This document shows positions 36,703-46,876 of a stretch of DNA of 64,000 nucleotides, piece after piece. The translations under genes and the position numbers were made by a program. Under the pieces are notes generated by a model. That model did not search any database and was not told where the DNA came from. It saw only the letters and a list, made by a program, of their open reading frames with translations. Where the stretch lies: positions 10,705 to 74,704 of the forward strand of contig JBMHCE010000024.1 in NCBI GenBank assembly GCA_049890075.1, read 5' to 3'. How positions within the stretch are numbered: position 1 is the first letter of the stretch; every line of letters starts with the position of its first letter. This DNA comes from Chitinophagales bacterium. Lineage in GTDB: Bacteria; Bacteroidota; Bacteroidia; Chitinophagales; UBA8649.

Positions 36703-37581
36703 TTAACGCGCTTGGTTTGAGCTAGAAACATCCTCAGAGCCTAAGGTTTGATGCAAAAATTTAAGAAGCATACACGCTGTAAATATAGCCCCCACACTTA
36801 CAACCCAAAACATAGGCTCAGAATCTGCAGTATATGACAGGTCTCCAATAACGATCAAAACGGTGATAGAGAGCGCATTGTTTAGGGCATGAAAAACTAC
36901 TGAATAATGTAGCGATTGCCCCCGATAGTATAGCCATCCTAGAATCGAGGACAAAATCATCATAGGCAAAAGATTAATGAGCTGTAAATGCATGATGCAA
37001 AAGATCAAGCTACTGAGGCCTATTGCCCATGTGGGTTTGAGCCCACTTGCGTGCATACGATGTTGAAGAATGCCTCTAAAGATGAATTCCTCTATTATGG
37101 CGGGCATCGCGGCTAAGGCAATATATAGGCTTATGATTTCAAGTATAGAGTGATCTAATTTTTGAACGATGTATATGGCATTGGACCGCTCATTGATGGC
37201 TTGAGCTGCGCTGGCAATATTGTCGGGCAGATAAGTAAGTAATTGACCAACTAATGTTTCTACAGGAAACAAGGCTACTGGAAGTACGATGGCAAGGGCT
37301 GCGATGCCTAACAAGGCTTTAGGCTGGATGTTTCGCTTAACCAAGGGGATGAGGGTAGCTTCTGCTGATGACCGCCACCCTATATAGAGGATCGGAGAGA
37401 AAATCACCGCGGTACCTATAACATTAAGAAACAAGGTTTCCAATGTGATCGAAGGGGTTGTTTGGGTTGATGGAGCAAGCATGGCGTAAAGGGAGAACCC
37501 AGCAACAAAGAGTAGATAACCACTGATCAGGATAACTTCCTTTTTTGCTTTTGCTTTTATGGTTGGAGGCGGAATATTCAT
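36703..37581 (-). CDS. CPBP family intramembrane glutamic endopeptidase (CAAX protease-like)
   Basis: The three CPBP motifs are present: IEEFIFRGIL, FCIMH and VFHALNN. Confidence 0.8.
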   Translation of the reverse strand: MNIPPPTIKAKAKKEVILISGYLLFVAGFSLYAMLAPSTQTTPSITLETLFLNVIGTAVIFSPILYIGWRSSAEATLIPLVKRNIQPKALLGIAALAIVLPVALFPVETLVGQLLTYLPDNIASAAQAINERSNAIYIVQKLDHSILEIISLYIALAAMPAIIEEFIFRGILQHRMHASGLKPTWAIGLSSLIFCIMHLQLINLLPMMILSSILGWLYYRGQSLHYSVVFHALNNALSITVLIVIGDLSYTADSEPMFWVVSVGAIFTACMLLKFLHQTLGSEDVSSSNQAR

Positions 37582-37652
37582 TATTAGAATTTATTGACCC
37601 TTTTTAGCGAAGGTAATGGCCAGGAGCTTAATAAGTAATGTAATTTTGTGTT

Positions 37653-38648
37653 ATGGGTGTTAAAATAGGCAACTTGGATTTGGGCGACTTCCCTTTGCTG
37701 TTGGCGCCGATGGAGGATGTTAGTGATCCACCCTTTAGGGCCTTGTGCAAGGACCAAGGAGCTGATATGCTGTATACAGAGTTTATCTCAACCGATGGCC
37801 TTGCCCACGGGGCTGCTAAGAGCATTCAAAAGTTAGATATCTACCCAGAAGAGCGACCGATAGGAATTCAAATTTTTGGTTCCGACGAACAAGCTATGTT
37901 GACCTCGTTAAAAATGGTGGAGGAGGCAAATCCAGATGTCATCGATATCAATTATGGTTGTCCAGTAAAAAAAGTTGTCTGCAAAATGGCCGGTGCGGGA
38001 ATATTACAGGATATTCCTCGCATGGTGCGATTAACCAAGCTGATTGTGGACAACACCAGCCTTCCTGTTACGGTGAAGACGCGCCTTGGGTGGGATGAGA
38101 GTACGAAGTTTATTGTAGAAGTTGCTGAGCGATTACAAGATGTGGGGATCCACGCAATCAGTATCCACGGTAGGACACGAAAGCAAATGTATCGAGGGGA
38201 TGCCGATTGGCGATTAATTGCGAATACCAAGGCCAACCCAAGGCTTCAAATTCCGGTTTTCGGTAATGGGGATATAGACCACCCTGAAAAACTGATGGAG
38301 TACAAAAACAAGTATGGAGTTGACGGTATTATGATCGGTCGAGCAGCTATAGGAAATCCATGGATATTTAAGGCATGTAAGACGTTTATGGAACAAGGAA
38401 TTCATGCTCCAAATCCATCGATTTCAGAGCGGGTAAAGACGGCAAGAAAGCATTTGGACACAGCGATTTCCTGGAAGGGTGAAAAGCTAGGGATTCTTGA
38501 AACTCGCCGTCATTATGGACCATACTTTCGTGGGCTTCCCGGTGTAAAAGAATTTCGCAAGATTTTAGTTACATCTATGAATATCAATGAGTTACACGAC
38601 ACACTAGATGAAGTTGAGTCGCGCTATCAAGGGTATGAGATGCAATAG
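37653..38648 (+). CDS. dusB: tRNA dihydrouridine synthase B
   Basis: LLLAPMEDVSDPPFR, INYGCPVKKV, HGRTRKQMY and IGRAAIGNPWIF are present. Confidence 0.9.
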   Translation: MGVKIGNLDLGDFPLLLAPMEDVSDPPFRALCKDQGADMLYTEFISTDGLAHGAAKSIQKLDIYPEERPIGIQIFGSDEQAMLTSLKMVEEANPDVIDINYGCPVKKVVCKMAGAGILQDIPRMVRLTKLIVDNTSLPVTVKTRLGWDESTKFIVEVAERLQDVGIHAISIHGRTRKQMYRGDADWRLIANTKANPRLQIPVFGNGDIDHPEKLMEYKNKYGVDGIMIGRAAIGNPWIFKACKTFMEQGIHAPNPSISERVKTARKHLDTAISWKGEKLGILETRRHYGPYFRGLPGVKEFRKILVTSMNINELHDTLDEVESRYQGYEMQ

Positions 38649-39001
38649 CATTCAACAGGGCATTAACAAGGGTTAACGTTGCATTTTCTAGAGGTTAAAT
38701 AAATGTAATCAACACCTTAACTTCCTAATAAATAGACAGATACGTTTATTCACTTTTAATGTGTTGAAAACCGAACTTGGAAAGTGAATAATATGCTCTT
38801 AGATTAGAGTCAGAAGCAACGGAGATGATGGGATTTGGCTTCTTGCAAAATTGAGGGTGGAATATCGAAAAGTTACTTCACTTTCCGTCCCTCGCACCTA
38901 ACATAAAGATAGATTTCCTTTTCAAAATGTGCTGATATTTTGACAGGGATTTTTTGTCCCTAGTGTAAAGGTTTTTGCGTTAGACGTTGTTGTGAAAAGC
39001 C

Positions 39002-39225
39002 CAAGTACAACAGGCAAGTACAACAAGTTCGATAAACTGGCAGAAGAGAGATAAAGAGAGATAAAGAGAGATAAAGAGAGATAAAGAGCAACACATCGAG
39101 ACAGAAAAGAGACAGAAAAGAGACAATAAAGAAGAGACCGAAGGCCAAAACATAAGCAGTCATCAATTGATAACGACAAATAGAAAACAAGACAAATAGA
39201 AAACAAATAGATAACGACAACAAGA
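39002..39225 (+). repeat. T-poor polypurine tract with four families of short tandem direct repeats, immediately upstream of nrdB
   Basis: The repeats are: caagtacaaca x2 (39002, 39015); gagataaaga x4 contiguous (39048-39087); gagacagaaaa x2 plus a partial copy (39098-39125); gacaaatagaaaacaa x2 contiguous (39175-39206); and gataacgacaa x2 (39169, 39210). Confidence 0.9.
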
Positions 39226-39234
39226 AAAACAACC

Positions 39235-40287
39235 ATGGAGAATAGCACAATTGACAAAACAATGACTCAGGCAACAAATTTTGACGCTCAAGAGCCCATC
39301 CTGCAAGACACCCAGGATCGCTTTGTATTATTTCCTATCCAGTATGAAGAGATGTGGCACATGTATAAATGTGCTGAAGCTAGTTTTTGGGTAGCTGAAG
39401 AGATTGACTTGGCTGACGATATGATTGATTGGGAGGAAAAACTCAATGATAACGAGCGTCACTTTATCAAGCACGTTTTAGCCTTTTTTGCAGCAAGTGA
39501 TGGAATTGTCAACGAAAACTTGGTTGTTAATTTTATGCAAGACGTTACGATTCCTGAGGCGCGATGCTTTTATGGCTTTCAAGTTGCCATGGAAAATATT
39601 CATGCTGAGACATATTCGTTGTTGATTGACACCTTCATTAAGGATAATGATGAGAAAACAAACTTGTTTAATGCACTCGAAACAGTACCCTGTGTAAAGA
39701 AAAAGGCTGAATGGGCTCTGCGCTGGATTGATACAGCTCCTTCCTTTGCTCACCGCTTGGTAGCTTTCTGTGCGGTAGAGGGTATTTTCTTTTCAGGAAG
39801 TTTTTGCTCCATCTTTTGGCTCAAGAAGCGTGGTCTCATGAAAGGCTTAAGCCAGTCTAATGAGTTAATCAGTCGGGATGAAGGGATGCATTGTGAGTTT
39901 GCTGTCCATCTCTACAAGATGCTTAAGCACAAGTTGTCTTATGAGGACATTAAAGCAATCATCTGTGATGCTGTTGAGGCGGAAAAAGAGTTTGTCCGTG
40001 ATGCACTTCCAGTTTCTCTAATCGGAATGAATGCGAACAGCATGATTGAATACATCGAGTATGTAGCGGATCACTGGATTACAGCTTTGGGTTACCCCGC
40101 ACATTATCATACCTCAAACCCATTCCAGTGGATGGACATGATTAGTATGGAGCGCAAAACAAATTTCTTCGAAAGCCGAGTGTCCGAATATCAATTAGCT
40201 GGAGTGAAGAATAGAGGAAAAATGGGTCAATCACAAGATGAGACGGAAGAAATAGATGAATTCGAGTTGGGAGACATTGAATTCTAG
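39235..40287 (+). CDS. nrdB: Ribonucleoside-diphosphate reductase beta subunit, class Ia, eukaryote-like R2
   Basis: [31 protein letters not shown], the diiron and tyrosyl region [29 protein letters not shown] and [10 protein letters not shown] are present. Confidence 0.95.
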   Translation: MENSTIDKTMTQATNFDAQEPILQDTQDRFVLFPIQYEEMWHMYKCAEASFWVAEEIDLADDMIDWEEKLNDNERHFIKHVLAFFAASDGIVNENLVVNFMQDVTIPEARCFYGFQVAMENIHAETYSLLIDTFIKDNDEKTNLFNALETVPCVKKKAEWALRWIDTAPSFAHRLVAFCAVEGIFFSGSFCSIFWLKKRGLMKGLSQSNELISRDEGMHCEFAVHLYKMLKHKLSYEDIKAIICDAVEAEKEFVRDALPVSLIGMNANSMIEYIEYVADHWITALGYPAHYHTSNPFQWMDMISMERKTNFFESRVSEYQLAGVKNRGKMGQSQDETEEIDEFELGDIEF

Positions 40288-40348
40288 GACGATAGTGAAT
40301 GACGACAAGAATATAGAATAAACCACCAATAAAACTTAGAACAAGACT

Positions 40349-42847
40349 ATGTATGTAATCAAGCGAAATGGAAGAAAGGAACAGGTGATGTTTGATAAAA
40401 TCACCTCACGGATTAATAAACTTTCTTATGGTTTAGATCCTAACTATGTACAACCCTTTAAAATTGCCCAGAAGGTGATTAATGGTTTGTATGAGGGAGT
40501 AACCACTGCTGAGCTTGATGAATTGGCTGCTGAGGAATGTGCTACTATGACAACAGAGCACCCTGATTATGCTATTCTTGCTGCGCGTATTGCGGTTTCC
40601 AATCTTCATAAACGCACAAAGAAAAATTTCTCGGAGGTCGTAACGGATTTATACAATTATGTAGACCCAGTAACACAAAAGCCTGCATCGCTTGTTAGTC
40701 AAGAATTGTACGAGGTGGTACAAAAAAATCAAGAGGTACTAGATGCTGCCATCATACACTCTAAAGATTATCATTATGACTTTTTTGGATTCAAAACCTT
40801 GGAGCGTGCTTACTTGCTCCGCTTAGATGGCGAAGTGGCTGAGCGCCCTCAACATATGCTAATGAGGGTCTCGTTGGGTATCCATATGGAGGATATCGAG
40901 TCAGCGCTTGTAACCTATAAGTTAATGTCTGAGCGTTGGTTTACTCATGCTACGCCTACGTTGTTTAATGCAGGTACACCTAAGCCTCAGATGTCTTCAT
41001 GTTTCCTCTTAACCATGAAGGATGATAGCATAACAGGTATTTTCGACACCTTAAAGCAGTGTGCTGAGATTTCTAAGTCTGCAGGCGGAATCGGCCTAAG
41101 CATTCATAACATACGTGCTAACGGTAGCTATATTAAGGGAACCAATGGGACCTCCAATGGTATTATTCCAATGCTGCGGGTATTTAATAACACCGCACGC
41201 TATGTGGACCAGGGTGGAGGAAAGCGTAAAGGCGCTTTTGCTGTCTATTTAGAGCCATGGCATGCGGATATTCACGATTTTCTTGAATTAAAGAAAAATC
41301 ATGGCCATGAAGAAAATAGAGCCCGCGATCTTTTTTATGCAATGTGGATCCCTGACTTGTTTATGGAGCGTGTCAAAGAAGATGCTGATTGGTCACTATT
41401 CTGTCCCAATGAAGCACCTGGGTTAGCCGATGTTCATAGCCAAGAATTCAAGGACCTGTACGAGCGTTACGAGGCAGAGGGGAAGGCTCGGAAAGTAGTA
41501 AAAGCCCGTCAAATTTGGTTGGAAATTCTCAAAAGCCAAATCGAAACAGGAAACCCTTATATCCTGTATAAGGATGCCGCGAATGCGAAGAGCAATCAAC
41601 AGAATCTAGGAACCATAAAGTCCTCTAATCTATGTACTGAAATCATTGAGTACACAGCACCGGATGAAGTGGCAGTATGTAATCTAGCATCGATTGCTTT
41701 AAATCGCTTCGTTACTGAAAATCGTGAGTTTGATTTCCAGAAGCTATATGATGTATCCTATCAAGTAGCCTTGAATCTGAATCGGGTTATTGATGGTAAC
41801 TATTATCCGGTAGAAGAAGCGCGGAACTCGAACATGCGTCATCGTCCTATCGGAATCGGTGTTCAGGGTCTGGCAGATGCTTTCTTAATGCTTCGCCTAC
41901 CTTTTACCTCGCATGAAGCGAAATTGCTTAATCGCGACATATTTGAAACAATCTACTTTGCTGCAGTTACAGCATCAAAGGATATGGCTAAACGCGAAGG
42001 CCCATACCAAACATTTAAGGGTTCTCCAATGAGCGAAGGGAAATTCCAGTTCGATCTTTGGGGAGTAGAACCAACCGACCGCTACGACTGGGAAGGACTG
42101 CGTAAAGAGGTAATGGAGCATGGTGTACGAAACAGTCTACTTCTTGCTCCTATGCCTACTGCGTCCACATCACAGATTCTAGGAAACAATGAGTGCTTTG
42201 AGCCGTATACTACTAATATCTACACAAGAAAGGTGTTAAGCGGAGAGTTCATTGTGGTTAATAAGCACCTCTTGAGGGACTTAATCGACTTGGGTCTTTG
42301 GAATGAGCAGATGAAGATGCGCTTAATCAAGGCACGTGGTTCTGTTCAAGATATAGAAGAGATTCCTGCTGAAATCAAGCAATTGTATTTAACGGCATGG
42401 GAACTTTCTCAAAGAGATATCATTGATATGGCGGCTGATCGTGGTGCTTACATATGTCAAAGCCAAAGTATGAACGTGTTCATGCAAGATGCCACCATCA
42501 AGAAACTTAATGCAATGCATTTCCATGCTTGGCAAAAAGGTCTAAAAACAGGAACATACTATCTACGAACTCAAGCAGCAAGAGCCGCGGTTCAAATGGG
42601 ACTAGACAATTCACTAAAGAAAGTGTCAGCACCAAAAGAAGAGGCTCCAGCCGTACAGCAGGTTCCTTCAAAGCCCGTGCAGACGGCGCAATCGAGTGTT
42701 GTTCCAGCAGACAGTCCTGTACCTCAGTCAACTCCAGTAGTTTCTGAGGATTCAAAGGCGGAAGAAACGATGTCAGCACAAGAGGCTATGCAAGCGGTTA
42801 AAGCTTGTAGCATCGACAATCCTGATTGCGAGAGCTGTTCAGGTTAA
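40349..42847 (+). CDS. nrdA: Ribonucleoside-diphosphate reductase alpha subunit, class Ia, eukaryote-like R1
   Basis: The ATP-cone ([25 protein letters not shown]), the active-site motif SSNLCTEI and the C-terminal redox pair CESCSG are present. Confidence 0.95.
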   Translation: MYVIKRNGRKEQVMFDKITSRINKLSYGLDPNYVQPFKIAQKVINGLYEGVTTAELDELAAEECATMTTEHPDYAILAARIAVSNLHKRTKKNFSEVVTDLYNYVDPVTQKPASLVSQELYEVVQKNQEVLDAAIIHSKDYHYDFFGFKTLERAYLLRLDGEVAERPQHMLMRVSLGIHMEDIESALVTYKLMSERWFTHATPTLFNAGTPKPQMSSCFLLTMKDDSITGIFDTLKQCAEISKSAGGIGLSIHNIRANGSYIKGTNGTSNGIIPMLRVFNNTARYVDQGGGKRKGAFAVYLEPWHADIHDFLELKKNHGHEENRARDLFYAMWIPDLFMERVKEDADWSLFCPNEAPGLADVHSQEFKDLYERYEAEGKARKVVKARQIWLEILKSQIETGNPYILYKDAANAKSNQQNLGTIKSSNLCTEIIEYTAPDEVAVCNLASIALNRFVTENREFDFQKLYDVSYQVALNLNRVIDGNYYPVEEARNSNMRHRPIGIGVQGLADAFLMLRLPFTSHEAKLLNRDIFETIYFAAVTASKDMAKREGPYQTFKGSPMSEGKFQFDLWGVEPTDRYDWEGLRKEVMEHGVRNSLLLAPMPTASTSQILGNNECFEPYTTNIYTRKVLSGEFIVVNKHLLRDLIDLGLWNEQMKMRLIKARGSVQDIEEIPAEIKQLYLTAWELSQRDIIDMAADRGAYICQSQSMNVFMQDATIKKLNAMHFHAWQKGLKTGTYYLRTQAARAAVQMGLDNSLKKVSAPKEEAPAVQQVPSKPVQTAQSSVVPADSPVPQSTPVVSEDSKAEETMSAQEAMQAVKACSIDNPDCESCSG

Positions 42848-44337
42848 AGTCCGGTCAGCAGTTTAAGAAGGAAGTGCGTAAGGATCAGTACGGGTAGTAA
42901 ATACACCAAGCTGTATCGAATAATGTATCCCATAAAGGATGGCATTTTCACACCATTTTGCTCGGCGATTGATTTAACCATGAAGTTGGGGGCATTGCCT
43001 ATGTAAGACATCGCTCCAAAGAAGACAGATGCTATAGAAATCGCAAGAAGCATGGGTTCTGGTTTCGCTAGAAAGACAAGGACGTCTGCTTTATCGGCAA
43101 TATTAAGTCCATACTTGCCCATTCCTGCAGAAAGGAAATTGAGATAGGTCGGCGCATTGTCTAAAATTCCTGAGAACAACCCTGTACCCCAATACAGCGT
43201 ATCAGTGGTAATCAGCTTCGCTCCGGTTTCTGATTGAGCAAACCCTCTAATCAAATCTAGGGCAGGCATCATTGTAGCGAAAATCCCAATAAACAGAAAA
43301 GCAACCTCGCGAATCGGTTCGAAGGTAAACTCGTTTCCTTGTAGCGCATCTTTGGAAGATAGCTTATAGCCAACAAGCAGGGTAATGAGCATGAGGACTT
43401 CTCGGAGATAACTCATTTTTCCACCATCATAGGAGATGTAAGCCCAGGATGGCATCTCTATAACATTGGGATCTAGAAATACAAATCCGCAGATCAGAGC
43501 CAGAAAAAGAATATTATGACTACCGCTAAGTTGAATACGATTAGCGACATTACTGTCTGGGGTGTTGGTTGGTTCGTTGCGAAGGGATCTTGTATCCAAT
43601 ACATAGAAAATAGCTGAAAGCATGATTACAGCAAATGCCCAGTAAGGGGCAGCATGTTGTAGTGTCCAAAAGAAGGGCACACCTTTTAGGAAGCCAAGGA
43701 ATAATGGAGGGTCTCCAATCGGCGTTAGTGATCCTCCGACGTTGCTCACAATAAAAATGAAGAAGACGATATGGAAAGGCTTTATTCGCGTTTTATTTAG
43801 TCGAATAAAAGGCCTTATTAATAGCATGGATGCTCCCGTTGTACCAATTACATTGGCTAGCACGGCACCGAATACCAATAGGCCCACGTTGATCATCGGC
43901 TTGCTTTCGAGATCGGCTTCAATAAGGATTCCTCCTGAAACAACAAATAGACTGCCTACCAGAGCAATAAAGGACATGTATTCAAACAAGGCATGAATGG
44001 GGGCATGTGTATTTTTTAAAAGAAAAACATAGTATACAACGACAATTGTACCCAGGACAATCGCTACTAATGGATATCGCTTATGCCAGAAGTGTTCGTA
44101 AAACAGCGGTCCTGTGGCAATCATCCCAAGCAGGAGTACAAAGGGCAATACAGCCAAAGGGTGTGGGCTATGATCATCATGACTGTCATGTCCTCCATGG
44201 CTTTCATCTACAGCATGAGCTACGTGACTTTCTTCAATAATGGTATGATCGGCTGCATCGCTTGGCGTGGCATAGCCTTGACTAAACCCTGAAAAGAACA
44301 TCAGGGATAAGGCAAGTAAAATTTGTTTTGGTTTCAT
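42844..44337 (-). CDS. Ion transporter of the ArsB/NhaD (citrate-transporter-like) superfamily, often annotated sodium:proton antiporter, with His-rich N-terminal segment
   Basis: About 12 TM segments follow a signal-like N-terminus and a His/Asp-rich stretch. The family call rests on overall topology and remembered homologues only. The start is set at ATG 44337. Confidence 0.5.
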   Translation of the reverse strand: MKPKQILLALSLMFFSGFSQGYATPSDAADHTIIEESHVAHAVDESHGGHDSHDDHSPHPLAVLPFVLLLGMIATGPLFYEHFWHKRYPLVAIVLGTIVVVYYVFLLKNTHAPIHALFEYMSFIALVGSLFVVSGGILIEADLESKPMINVGLLVFGAVLANVIGTTGASMLLIRPFIRLNKTRIKPFHIVFFIFIVSNVGGSLTPIGDPPLFLGFLKGVPFFWTLQHAAPYWAFAVIMLSAIFYVLDTRSLRNEPTNTPDSNVANRIQLSGSHNILFLALICGFVFLDPNVIEMPSWAYISYDGGKMSYLREVLMLITLLVGYKLSSKDALQGNEFTFEPIREVAFLFIGIFATMMPALDLIRGFAQSETGAKLITTDTLYWGTGLFSGILDNAPTYLNFLSAGMGKYGLNIADKADVLVFLAKPEPMLLAISIASVFFGAMSYIGNAPNFMVKSIAEQNGVKMPSFMGYIIRYSLVYLLPVLILTHFLLKLLTGL

Positions 44338-44341
44338 AAAG

Positions 44342-45580
44342 TTAGGCTCGAAGTTTGGCAATTGCTTGGCCGAGGCTTCGGCGGGCTATGCCATGTTTGT
44401 CTTGGTTTTGGTCGTGTACATCTTGAAGAGCTTGTCGCACACAGTTGGAGACATCCTCAAAAATGGCGTCTTCATGGATCACAGCATTTGGCTGCATCAA
44501 ATAGCCAAACGTTCTAGCCATCCCACAGTTGGCTATAAAATCAGGAATAATAGCTGTAAGGTTGTCGGCATAACTAGCCGTAGGTCCATAGAAAATATCT
44601 TCATCGGCGAAGGGTACATTGGCTCCGGCACTAATCGCTTGGAGACCAGCTTTGGCCATTCGTTCAACGTTGTCTTTGGAGACCAGTCTTGAAGCCGCGG
44701 ATGGCAGAAAAATCTCACAAGGCACATCCCAAATGGTTCGATTGACGTCATCAAATGACAGCATTCCTTCAGCATGTAGGGCGTTACCTTTCCGCGTGTT
44801 AATCAGTTCGATGAGTCGTTCATGAGGAATGCCCTGTTCATTGATAATTCCTCCGGCGCGATCAATGATGCCTGTTACAATCGCTCCGCGCTGGCTCAAA
44901 TAGAAGGCAGCTGGTGCCGCCACATTACCCCACCCTTGGACAATCACGCGTTTTCCTTCAACGCTGCTTCCATTCCATAAATCGTAATAATGTTCAATTC
45001 CCTTTGCTACACCATACCCTGTAATGAGATCGGCTATGCAGTAGTTTTCATCAAGACTGGGCGTTAGGGAGGCATTTTCGATACGTTTGCTAACTCCTTT
45101 GCGTAACTGCAAAATGCGTTGCACTCGATCCTGTTCAGCCAAGCCAAAATGACCATTGAGAATTCCTTCTTGTGGATGCCAAAGTCCATAAGATTCCGTG
45201 ATGGGGACTACTTCTTTTATTGCATCGACATTAAGATCTCCTCCAGTACCATAGTATCGCTTAAGGATGGGAGATACCGCTCGGTACCATCGTTTGAGTA
45301 CACCTTCTTTATCGGGATGAAATGGATCAAAATCAATACCTGATTTTGCTCCACCAATAGCTGGTCCTGTAACGGAAAACTTTATTTCCATAACCTTTGC
45401 TAAGGACACTACCTCATGTAAATTCAGGCCTTTACGCATCCGTGTTCCGCCGCCAGCAGCTCCACCTCGCAAGGAGTTAATCACTAGATAACCTTTAGCA
45501 TCTGTTTCGCTATCGCTCCATTGAAAAACGACTTCAGGGGTTTTGGCTTTGTATTCTTCGAGAAAGGGTATAGTATTCAT
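44342..45580 (-). CDS. Glu/Leu/Phe/Val family amino-acid dehydrogenase
   Basis: The catalytic-lysine motif TGPAIGGAKSGIDFDP and the Rossmann motif KRVIVQGWGNVAAPAA are present. Confidence 0.8.
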   Translation of the reverse strand: MNTIPFLEEYKAKTPEVVFQWSDSETDAKGYLVINSLRGGAAGGGTRMRKGLNLHEVVSLAKVMEIKFSVTGPAIGGAKSGIDFDPFHPDKEGVLKRWYRAVSPILKRYYGTGGDLNVDAIKEVVPITESYGLWHPQEGILNGHFGLAEQDRVQRILQLRKGVSKRIENASLTPSLDENYCIADLITGYGVAKGIEHYYDLWNGSSVEGKRVIVQGWGNVAAPAAFYLSQRGAIVTGIIDRAGGIINEQGIPHERLIELINTRKGNALHAEGMLSFDDVNRTIWDVPCEIFLPSAASRLVSKDNVERMAKAGLQAISAGANVPFADEDIFYGPTASYADNLTAIIPDFIANCGMARTFGYLMQPNAVIHEDAIFEDVSNCVRQALQDVHDQNQDKHGIARRSLGQAIAKLRA

Positions 45581-45727
45581 ATCGGTAGGTTAAAAATACG
45601 CCATCGATAGGAAACTTTGGTCCTGTCTCTTATGCTTTACATTTCAGCGTTTGCAGTCATCTATCTATGGATAACGAGGTTAGATCATATAAGGTGGCTT
45701 AAGTATGTTTGATTTCAATATTTGATT

Positions 45728-46876
45728 ATGGTCTGGGAAGCATTACAACCAATCGATCCCTCTAGTTTTATTCAAGGAGGGAAATACAATAAGGCGCAAA
45801 TTGGTAGTCATTTGATTTCATGGGGTGGCACACCGGATTGGCAGTCGTTTGACATAGGCATTGTGGCTGTTAAGGAGGATCGAACGTCAGTTTATAATCC
45901 AGGGTGTGGTCACGGTTCTCACGATATACGTAAACAGTTTTATGGCTTATATACCCATTTTAACTGTCCTAGAATTCTTGATGTGGGGGATATAGAGCCA
46001 GGGCACACGGTTATGGATACCTATTCCCTTCTCTCTGAGCTAAGTGCCGAGTTTGTGCGCAATGGTAAAGTTTTATTGATTCTTGGGGGAAGTCATGATC
46101 TTACGATTGGTCAATATAAGGGCCATGCCGATGCAGGGCATCGAGCGCACTTAATCCAAGTAGACGAACATATTGATATGCGGGATTCTGAAGACGTAGA
46201 TTCAACTAGTTTCTTGCGTCATATGTTAAAAAACAATGAAGGCTTTGTAGAAGATTTTACTCATTTTGGTCACCAACAGTTCTATAATGACCCCGCATTT
46301 GTTCAACATTTAGAATCCCTTGATGCGGATCATATGCGCATGGGGGATTTTCGCGCCAATTTGAATGATGCGGAGGCTTTCTTTCGAAACGCCCATGTGT
46401 TGAGCTTTGATGTATCGGCCATGATGAGTGCCTATGCACCTGGCAATATTCTAACCTCGCCCAATGGATTGTCCGGGACGGAAGCGTGTCAGATTTTTAG
46501 ATATGCTGGATTTAGCCCTTATATGAATTCTGTAGGAATTTATGAATACAACCCCCATTTAGACCAAAACCACCTTACCGCTAAGCAAATCAGCCAAATG
46601 CTTTGGTATTTTTTAGAAGGGTATTCTATACGAAGGGATGAGACGCCAGCACTTAATGATGCTCGGTTTGTACAGTATCAAGTCGTAATGCCAAGCCTTG
46701 ATCAGGAGTTGGTTTTTTGGAAAAGTCGCGTAACAGAGCGTTGGTGGATGGAGTTTACTAGCGACACAGGAAAATCAACATTTGTGGCCTGTCAAGATAA
46801 AGACTACGCGTTGGCCTTAGAGAATGAGTTATCCGATCGTTGGATGAGAGCATTTCGCCGAAGCGACTTGGGCTAA
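45728..46876 (+). CDS. Arginase/ureohydrolase family protein (formimidoylglutamase-like)
   Basis: Mn-ligand motifs are present: LGGSHDLT, QVDEHIDMRD and SFDVSAM. The start is ATG 45728 or TTG 45722. Confidence 0.65.
   Translation: MVWEALQPIDPSSFIQGGKYNKAQIGSHLISWGGTPDWQSFDIGIVAVKEDRTSVYNPGCGHGSHDIRKQFYGLYTHFNCPRILDVGDIEPGHTVMDTYSLLSELSAEFVRNGKVLLILGGSHDLTIGQYKGHADAGHRAHLIQVDEHIDMRDSEDVDSTSFLRHMLKNNEGFVEDFTHFGHQQFYNDPAFVQHLESLDADHMRMGDFRANLNDAEAFFRNAHVLSFDVSAMMSAYAPGNILTSPNGLSGTEACQIFRYAGFSPYMNSVGIYEYNPHLDQNHLTAKQISQMLWYFLEGYSIRRDETPALNDARFVQYQVVMPSLDQELVFWKSRVTERWWMEFTSDTGKSTFVACQDKDYALALENELSDRWMRAFRRSDLG

Noticed and set aside
39002-39225. The tandem repeats upstream of nrdB considered as a CRISPR array.
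   Set aside because: The units are 10-16 nt and contiguous, with no spacers. There is no leader-repeat-spacer architecture and no cas genes in the window.
38649-39234. A cobalamin riboswitch or NrdR boxes upstream of nrdB.
   Set aside because: By eye I found no B12-box-like GCCACTG core and no 16-bp ACAC...GTGT palindrome pair. I cannot exclude a divergent element without a covariance-model search.
38922-39277. Two overlapping minus-strand ORFs (111 aa and 105 aa) with LSLSLFISLYLS-type sequence in the nrdB upstream region.
   Set aside because: They are the pyrimidine-strand reading of the polypurine repeat tract. Two frames are open at once, the sequence is low-complexity, and they overlap the nrdB start. 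This is a composition artefact rather than a gene.
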